Below are positions 7,413 through 12,407 of a DNA stretch of 12,407 bases, in pieces. Position 1 is the first letter of the stretch; each line of letters starts with the position of its first letter. A program made the position numbers and the translations under genes. Source of the stretch: a virus (Duplodnaviria; Heunggongvirae; Uroviricota; Caudoviricetes); the IMG/VR virus record IMGVR_UViG_2541047881_000002, positions 1 through 12,407 of that record. One strand, given 5' to 3'. Under the pieces are notes generated by a model, which saw only the letters and a program-made list of their open reading frames with translations, did no database searches and had not been told where the DNA came from.

Positions 7413-8237
7413 ATGTCTCAGAACTTAGACGCAACCGCAATTAATCAAATCCATGCCCTTATTTCTGCTCAGGGTGTTAATGAAATTATCAGTAAGATTG
7501 GTGCCGATGCTGTGGCATTGCCTGAGAATTTCCGCATTCATGATCTGGAAAAATTTAATTTAAATCGCTTCCGTTTCCGTGGTGCGCTTTCCACTGCCAG
7601 CATCGATGACTTTACCCGTTATTCTAAAGATCTTGCAGATGAAGGCACCCGCTGCTTTATCGATGCTGATAATATGCGTGCCGTCAGTGTGCTTAACCTG
7701 GGTACTATTGATGAACCAGGTCACGCAGATAACACCGCCACACTCAAACTGAAAAAGACAGCACCGTTCTCTGCTCTGTTGTCTGTTAACGGCGAGCGTA
7801 ACTCCCAGAAGTCACTGGCAGAATGGATTGAAGACTGGGCCGACTATCTTGTGGGCTTTGATGCTAATGGTGACGCTATTCAGGCAACAAAAACGGCTGC
7901 GGCTGTCCGTAAAATCACGATTGAAGCAAACCAGACCGCTGATTTTGAAGATAATGACTTCAGCGGCAAACGCTCCCTGATGGAGTCTGTCGAAGCGAAG
8001 ACCAAAGACATTATGCCAGTGGCATTTGAATTTAAATGCGTTCCGTTTGAAGGTCTGAAAGAACGTCCGTTTAAATTACGCCTCAGTATTATCACTGGCG
8101 ATCGTCCTGTACTGGTTCTACGCATTATTCAGCTGGAGGCGGTGCAGGAAGAAATGGCTAACGAATTTCGTGATCTGCTTGTTGAGAAATTCAAGGACAG
8201 CAAAGTAGAAACCTTTATTGGTACTTTCACCGCCTGA
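7413..8237 (+). CDS. yfdQ: YfdQ-like prophage protein (DUF2303-type), 274 aa
   Basis: ATG at 7413 with SD GAGGA (7402-7406); stop TGA at 8235-8237. Length and position in the series match CPS-53 YfdQ (274 aa) from recall. Confidence 0.8.
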   Translation: MSQNLDATAINQIHALISAQGVNEIISKIGADAVALPENFRIHDLEKFNLNRFRFRGALSTASIDDFTRYSKDLADEGTRCFIDADNMRAVSVLNLGTIDEPGHADNTATLKLKKTAPFSALLSVNGERNSQKSLAEWIEDWADYLVGFDANGDAIQATKTAAAVRKITIEANQTADFEDNDFSGKRSLMESVEAKTKDIMPVAFEFKCVPFEGLKERPFKLRLSIITGDRPVLVLRIIQLEAVQEEMANEFRDLLVEKFKDSKVETFIGTFTA

Positions 8238-8249
8238 TTTCATTACTGC

Positions 8250-8271
8250 AAATGCCCCTGCGGGGGCATTT
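8250..8271 (+). terminator. GC-rich perfect hairpin (AAATGCCCC-tgcg-GGGGCATTT) 13 nt after the yfdQ-like stop; candidate partial intrinsic terminator or RNA-stability element
   Basis: 9-bp perfect stem with a 4-nt loop, read directly. Only a 3-T tail follows, so termination is probably partial. Confidence 0.4.
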
Positions 8272-8364
8272 ATGGAAACGTAATTTACTCAATAATCGCC
8301 GGATGGTGAGGGATTCTTTTTACCAGAATTCAGCGCGGTGCAGCGCATATACGTGGAGAACAAA

Positions 8365-8901
8365 ATGTCATTTATTAAAACTTTTTCCGGGAAGCATTTT
8401 TATTATGACAGGATAAATAAAGACGACATCGATATTAACGATATCGCGGTTTCCCTTTCAAATATCTGTCGCTTTGCCGGTCATCTTTCGCACTTCTACA
8501 GCGTCGCCCAACATGCGGTTCTTTGCAGCCAGCTGGTGCCGCAGGAATTTGCTTTTGAAGCGTTAATGCATGATGCAACAGAAGCGTATTGCCAGGACAT
8601 TCCCGCACCACTGAAACGCCTTCTTCCTGACTATAAACAAATGGAAGAAAAAATAGACGCCGTAATCCGTGAGAAATACGGGTTACCCCCAGTTATGAGT
8701 ACGCCCGTGAAATATGCCGATCTCATCATGCTGGCAACCGAACGCCGCGATCTCGGGCTTGATGATGGCTCTTTCTGGCCTGTACTGGAAGGTATCCCGG
8801 CAACAGAGATGTTCAACGTGATTCCACTGGCTCCGGGCCATGCCTACGGGATGTTTATGGAACGCTTTAACGAGTTATCGGAGTTACGCAAATGCGCATG
8901 A
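8365..8901 (+). CDS. yfdR: HD-domain metal-dependent phosphohydrolase, YfdR-like, 178 aa
   Basis: ATG at 8365 with SD GGAGAA 8 nt upstream; the track start at 8338 is in-frame but has no SD. HD-domain signature: H...HD...D pattern in YSVAQHAVLC ... LMHDATEAY. Stop TGA at 8899-8901 overlaps the next start. Confidence 0.8.
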   Translation: MSFIKTFSGKHFYYDRINKDDIDINDIAVSLSNICRFAGHLSHFYSVAQHAVLCSQLVPQEFAFEALMHDATEAYCQDIPAPLKRLLPDYKQMEEKIDAVIREKYGLPPVMSTPVKYADLIMLATERRDLGLDDGSFWPVLEGIPATEMFNVIPLAPGHAYGMFMERFNELSELRKCA

Positions 8902-9254
8902 ATGTTTTCGAAATGGAAGGGTTTCTTCGTGGGAGATGTGTACCGCGAGATCTGAAAGTAAATGAAACAGATGCTGAATACCTAGTGCGTAAATTCGATG
9001 CGCTTGAAGCTAAATGTGCAGCACAGGAAAACAAAGTAATACCAGTGTCAACTGAACTGCCACCAGCAAATGAAAGTGTTTTGTTATTCGATGCTAACGG
9101 AGAAGGCTGGCTAATTGGCTGGCGTTCTCTCTGGTACACCTGGGGACAAAAAGAAACCGGAGAATGGCAGTGGACATTTCAGGTCGGGGACCTTGAAAAC
9201 GTCAATATCACTCACTGGGCAGTAATGCCAAAAGCACCGGAGGCTGGAGCATAA
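8892..9254 (+). CDS. yfdS: YfdS-like prophage protein, 120 aa, Trp-rich C-terminus
   Basis: ATG at 8892 (alternative ATG at 8898 overlapping the upstream TGA as ATGA); length matches YfdS (120 aa) from recall. Confidence 0.7.
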   Translation: MRMNVFEMEGFLRGRCVPRDLKVNETDAEYLVRKFDALEAKCAAQENKVIPVSTELPPANESVLLFDANGEGWLIGWRSLWYTWGQKETGEWQWTFQVGDLENVNITHWAVMPKAPEAGA

Positions 9255-9559
9255 TGACCACTTTTACCGACAAAGAACTGATTAAAGAAATTAAAGAGCG
9301 TATCAGCAGCCTTGACGTGCGAGACGATATTGAGCGCCGTGCTTATGAAATCGCACTCCTATCTCTGGAAGTAGAACCAGATGAACGCGAAGCTTATGAA
9401 TTATTCATGGAAAAGCGTTTCGGTGACTTAGTAGATCGTCGGAGAGCAAAAAACGGCGATAACGAATACATGGCATGGGATATGACTCTCGGTTGGATCG
9501 TCTGGCAGCAACGAGCTGGTATCCATTTTTCAACAATGTCACAGCAAGAGGTGAAATAA
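9254..9559 (+). CDS. yfdT: YfdT-like prophage protein, 101 aa
   Basis: ATG at 9254 overlaps the upstream TAA (TAATG); its own stop TAA at 9557-9559 overlaps the next ATG (TAATG). Length matches YfdT (101 aa) from recall. Confidence 0.7.
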   Translation: MTTFTDKELIKEIKERISSLDVRDDIERRAYEIALLSLEVEPDEREAYELFMEKRFGDLVDRRRAKNGDNEYMAWDMTLGWIVWQQRAGIHFSTMSQQEVK

Positions 9560-9909
9560 TGGAGCCATACAGCCTCACACTCGATGAGGCCTGTCATTTT
9601 CTCAAGATATCCAGACCGACTGCCATTAACTGGATACGCACAGGGCGTCTTCAGGCAACACGCAAAGATCCCACTAAGAATAAATCTCCTTACCTCACAA
9701 CACGACAAGCCTGCATTGCGGCTCTTCAGTCTCCGCTGCATACTGTCCAGGTGAGCGCGGGTGATGGCATAACAGAGGAAAGAAAATGTCACTCTTCCGC
9801 AGAGGTGAAATATGGTACGCCAGTTTCACATTGCCGAACGGTAAAAGATTTAAACAGTCTCTTGGAACAAAGGACAAAAGGCAGGCGACAGAACTCCATG
9901 ACAAGCTAA
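9559..9909 (+). CDS. xis: Excisionase / AlpA-type HTH DNA-binding protein (Xis-like); 3' extent uncertain
   Basis: N-terminal [35 protein letters not shown] matches the excisionase-family HTH pattern (LTLDEA..FL.+SR.T+..WI+.G+L); SD AGAGGTGA upstream. The ORF runs to 9909, overlapping the integrase start by 124 nt in another frame. Confidence 0.65.
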   Translation: MEPYSLTLDEACHFLKISRPTAINWIRTGRLQATRKDPTKNKSPYLTTRQACIAALQSPLHTVQVSAGDGITEERKCHSSAEVKYGTPVSHCRTVKDLNSLLEQRTKGRRQNSMTS

Positions 9910-10949
9910 AGGCTGAAGCATGGCGGGTCAGCAAACTTGGTGAAATACCTGATATAACGTTCGAGGAAGCGTGTGTCAGGTGGCTTGAAGAGAAAGCACA
10001 TAAAAAATCACTGGACGATGACAAAAGCCGGATCGGATTCTGGCTTCAACATTTCGCAGGAATGCAACTAAGAGACATTACTGAATCAAAAATTTATTCA
10101 GCAATGCAGAAAATGACGAACCGGCGTCATGAGGAAAACTGGAAACTCAGGGCAGAAGCATGCAGAAAAAAAGGGAAACCTGTTCCAGAATACACGCCAA
10201 AACCAGCGTCCGTTGCAACGAAGGCTACGCATCTTTCATTTATAAAGGCCCTACTAAGAGCCGCAGAGCGTGAATGGAAAATGCTGGATAAGGCACCAAT
10301 TATTAAAGTGCCCCAACCAAAGAATAAACGGATCCGCTGGCTGGAGCCCCATGAAGCACAAAGGCTGATTGATGAATGTCCGGAGCCATTAAAGTCTGTT
10401 GTTGAATTTGCACTGGCAACAGGCCTAAGACGCTCGAACATCATCAACCTTGAATGGCAACAAATAGATATGCAGCGCCGGGTGGCATGGATAAACCCGG
10501 AAGAGAGTAAATCAAACCGCGCAATTGGCGTTGCGCTGAATGATACTGCATGTCGCGTATTGAAAAAACAAATCGGGAATCATCACCGTTGGGTATTTGT
10601 GTACAAGGAAAGCTGTACCAAACCAGACGGAACGAAAGCGCCAACAGTCAGGAAGATGCGGTATGACGCAAACACAGCCTGGAAAGCGGCGCTGAGACGG
10701 GCTGGTATTGATGATTTCAGATTTCACGACTTGAGACACACCTGGGCAAGTTGGCTGGTTCAAGCCGGAGTCCCGTTGTCAGTGTTACAGGAAATGGGAG
10801 GCTGGGAGTCTATCGAAATGGTTCGTCGATATGCTCACCTTGCACCTAATCACCTTACCGAACACGCACGGCAAATAGACTCGATCCTGAACCCATCGGT
10901 CCCAAATTTGTCCCAGTCAAAAAATAAGGAAGGTACTAATGATGTGTAA
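9786..10949 (+). CDS. int: Phage-type tyrosine site-specific integrase (lambdoid / Rac IntR-like), 387 aa
   Basis: ATG at 9786 with SD GAGGA (7-nt spacer). Catalytic signature present: [10 protein letters not shown] (Arg), HDLRHTWAS (H-x-x-R), VRRYAHL (Tyr). Stop TAA at 10947-10949, 14 bp from the tRNA 3' end. Confidence 0.93.
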   Translation: MSLFRRGEIWYASFTLPNGKRFKQSLGTKDKRQATELHDKLKAEAWRVSKLGEIPDITFEEACVRWLEEKAHKKSLDDDKSRIGFWLQHFAGMQLRDITESKIYSAMQKMTNRRHEENWKLRAEACRKKGKPVPEYTPKPASVATKATHLSFIKALLRAAEREWKMLDKAPIIKVPQPKNKRIRWLEPHEAQRLIDECPEPLKSVVEFALATGLRRSNIINLEWQQIDMQRRVAWINPEESKSNRAIGVALNDTACRVLKKQIGNHHRWVFVYKESCTKPDGTKAPTVRKMRYDANTAWKAALRRAGIDDFRFHDLRHTWASWLVQAGVPLSVLQEMGGWESIEMVRRYAHLAPNHLTEHARQIDSILNPSVPNLSQSKNKEGTNDV

Positions 10950-10990
10950 CTTATTGATTTAAATGGTGCCGATAATAGGAGTCGAACCTA
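10950..10990. other. Putative attL core of the integrated element, overlapping the 3' end of thrW
   Basis: The integrase stop is 14 bp from the tRNA 3' end and convergent with it, the usual geometry for tRNA-targeting tyrosine integrases. Exact core boundaries cannot be set without the matching att copy. Confidence 0.4.
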
Positions 10991-11039
10991 CGACCTTCGC
11001 ATTACGAATGCGCTGCTCTACCAACTGAGCTATATCGGC
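10964..11039 (-). tRNA. thrW: tRNA-Thr, anticodon CGU, 76 nt with encoded CCA
   Basis: Reverse complement of 10964-11039 reads GCCGATATAGCTCAGTTGGTAGAGCAGCGCATTCGTAATGCGAAGGTCGTAGGTTCGACTCCTATTATCGGCACCA: 7-bp acceptor stem, D-arm GCTC/GAGC, anticodon loop TTCGTAA (CGT), T-loop TTCGACT, 3' CCA. Position next to proA matches the E. coli proA-thrW arrangement. Confidence 0.93.
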
Positions 11040-11079
11040 CCTGAAAGGACATGTTCACGAACGTGAATCACGGTGGACA

Positions 11080-11108
11080 AGGTTAAAACTAACCGGGCGA
11101 TGCGTCAA
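11080..11108 (-). promoter_or_regulatory. Candidate sigma70 promoter for thrW (-35 TTGACG at 11103-11108, 17-bp spacer, -10 TAACCT at 11080-11085, minus strand)
   Basis: Hexamers read on the minus strand upstream of the tRNA 5' end (11039). The -10 is weak, so the call is tentative. Confidence 0.3.
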
Positions 11109-11153
11109 TGGCCTTGTGAATCAAATGGCTACTTTTGCATCACCCGATTTTAT

Positions 11154-12407
11154 TTACGCACGAATGGTGTAATCACCAATGCCGATCCACTTGTAAGTGG
11201 TCAGTGCTTCCAGCCCCATTGGGCCACGCGCGTGGAGTTTTTGTGTGCTTACCGCCACTTCCGCACCCAGTCCAAACTGGCCGCCGTCGGTAAAACGCGT
11301 AGAGGCGTTAACGTAAACAGCGGAAGAATCCACTTCGTTAACAAAACGCTGGGCGTTGCGCATATCGCGGGTCAGGATCGCATCGGAGTGTTGTGTGCCG
11401 TGTTCACGAATATGGGCGATGGCATCGTCAAGATCGCTGACGATTTTGACGTTCAAATCTAATGACAGAAACTCATCGTCATACTCTTCCGCTTTAACCG
11501 CCACCACCTTCGCGGGGCCTGTCTGCAACTGCGCCAGCGCAGCTGCATCTGCGTGTAATGTCACGCCGCTTTCCGCCATTTGTTTGCTTAATGCGGGCAG
11601 GAAGCTATCTGCTATGTTTTTATTTACCAGCAACGTTTCAACCGTATTACATGTGCTCGGACGCTGGGTTTTCGCGTTGACGATTACTTTCAGGGCTTCA
11701 GCGATCTCTGCACTTTCATCAACGTAAATATGGCATACGCCTATACCACCAGTGATCACCGGGATCGTCGACTGTTCACGGCACAGTTTATGCAAACCAG
11801 CGCCACCACGCGGGATCAGCATGTCGATGTATTTATCCATACGCAGCATTTCACTGACCAGCGCACGGTCAGGATTATCAATCGCCTGCACGGCACCCGC
11901 CGGTAAGCCACAGGATTTCAGGGCGTCCTGAATCACCGCCACCGTTGCCGCGTTAGTGCGACAGGTTTCTTTGCCACCACGCAGGATCACCGCATTACCG
12001 GTTTTCAGGCACAGCGAAGCGACATCAACCGTCACGTTCGGGCGCGCTTCATAAATCACGCCAATAACCCCCAGCGGTACGCGACGACGCTCAAGACGCA
12101 GGCCGCTGTCCAGTACGCCGCCATCGATTACCTGCCCCACCGGATCGGCGAGGTTACACACCTGGCGTACATCGTCGGCAATGCCTTTCAGCCGTGCGGG
12201 CGTCAGTGCCAGACGGTCAAGCATCGCTTCGCTAAGGCCATTGGCTCGCGCGTCAGCAACATCCTGGGCGTTAGCGTTGAGGATGATTTCGCTTTGTGCT
12301 TCCAGTTCATCGGCGATTTTTTCCAGCACGCGATTTTTTTCGCGGCTGGAGAGTTGCGCTAATTTATACGAGGCTTGCTTCGCGGCAATGCCCATTTGTT
12401 CCAGCAT
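11154..12407 (-). CDS. proA: Gamma-glutamyl phosphate reductase (glutamate-5-semialdehyde dehydrogenase), complete 417 aa
   Basis: ORF from ATG at 12405-12407 to TAA at 11154-11156; translation [30 protein letters not shown]... matches E. coli ProA as I recall it, with the expected thrW gene immediately downstream. Confidence 0.97.
   Translation of the reverse strand: MLEQMGIAAKQASYKLAQLSSREKNRVLEKIADELEAQSEIILNANAQDVADARANGLSEAMLDRLALTPARLKGIADDVRQVCNLADPVGQVIDGGVLDSGLRLERRRVPLGVIGVIYEARPNVTVDVASLCLKTGNAVILRGGKETCRTNAATVAVIQDALKSCGLPAGAVQAIDNPDRALVSEMLRMDKYIDMLIPRGGAGLHKLCREQSTIPVITGGIGVCHIYVDESAEIAEALKVIVNAKTQRPSTCNTVETLLVNKNIADSFLPALSKQMAESGVTLHADAAALAQLQTGPAKVVAVKAEEYDDEFLSLDLNVKIVSDLDDAIAHIREHGTQHSDAILTRDMRNAQRFVNEVDSSAVYVNASTRFTDGGQFGLGAEVAVSTQKLHARGPMGLEALTTYKWIGIGDYTIRA

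Noticed and set aside
8338-8364. Longer start for the HD-domain gene (track ORF 8338..8901, 187 aa)
   Set aside because: The in-frame upstream start has no SD; ATG 8365 is preceded by GGAGAA and gives 178 aa, matching the YfdR length.
7880-10447. Antisense ORFs within the prophage operon and integrase (7880..8125, 8631..8816, 8867..9139, 9394..9792, 9695..10024, 10127..10447, 10444..10644, 10512..10763)
   Set aside because: Opposite strand to a tightly coupled operon of well-supported genes; no independent signals.
11073-11727. Plus-strand ORFs 11073..11462 and 11356..11727 overlapping proA
   Set aside because: Antisense to a highly conserved housekeeping gene (proA).
1-12407. CRISPR array, rRNA or other large tandem-repeat structures
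   Set aside because: No regularly spaced direct repeats or rRNA-like sequence were seen on either strand.

Overview
This window is a mosaic accessory island inserted at the 3' end of tRNA-Thr(CGU) (thrW), next to the core gene proA; all calls are from reading the sequence and ORF track, with no database search run. Right to left: complete proA (-), thrW (-), then a lambdoid prophage remnant on the + strand whose tyrosine integrase stops 14 bp from the tRNA 3' end, preceded by an excisionase-like HTH gene and a translationally coupled five-gene accessory cluster whose protein lengths (120/274/178/120/101 aa) match the K-12 CPS-53 series yfdP-yfdQ-yfdR-yfdS-yfdT; the yfdR-like protein has an HD phosphohydrolase motif. 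That operon is cut off on its upstream side by a 1310-bp IS3-family element (IS629-like) with no target-site duplication. Left of the IS is a different module: two minus-strand genes of the YagK/YfjJ type, the larger carrying HUH and Y-x-x-K-Y motifs typical of rolling-circle Rep proteins and apparently missing its 5' end at the IS junction, convergent with a complete 1080-aa SNF2-family helicase whose ~560-aa N-terminal half I cannot assign. The SNF2 protein is the best candidate for an undescribed defence-type cargo gene, and the yfdPQRST-like cluster is a second candidate; both are hypotheses. No CRISPR array or rRNA is present.
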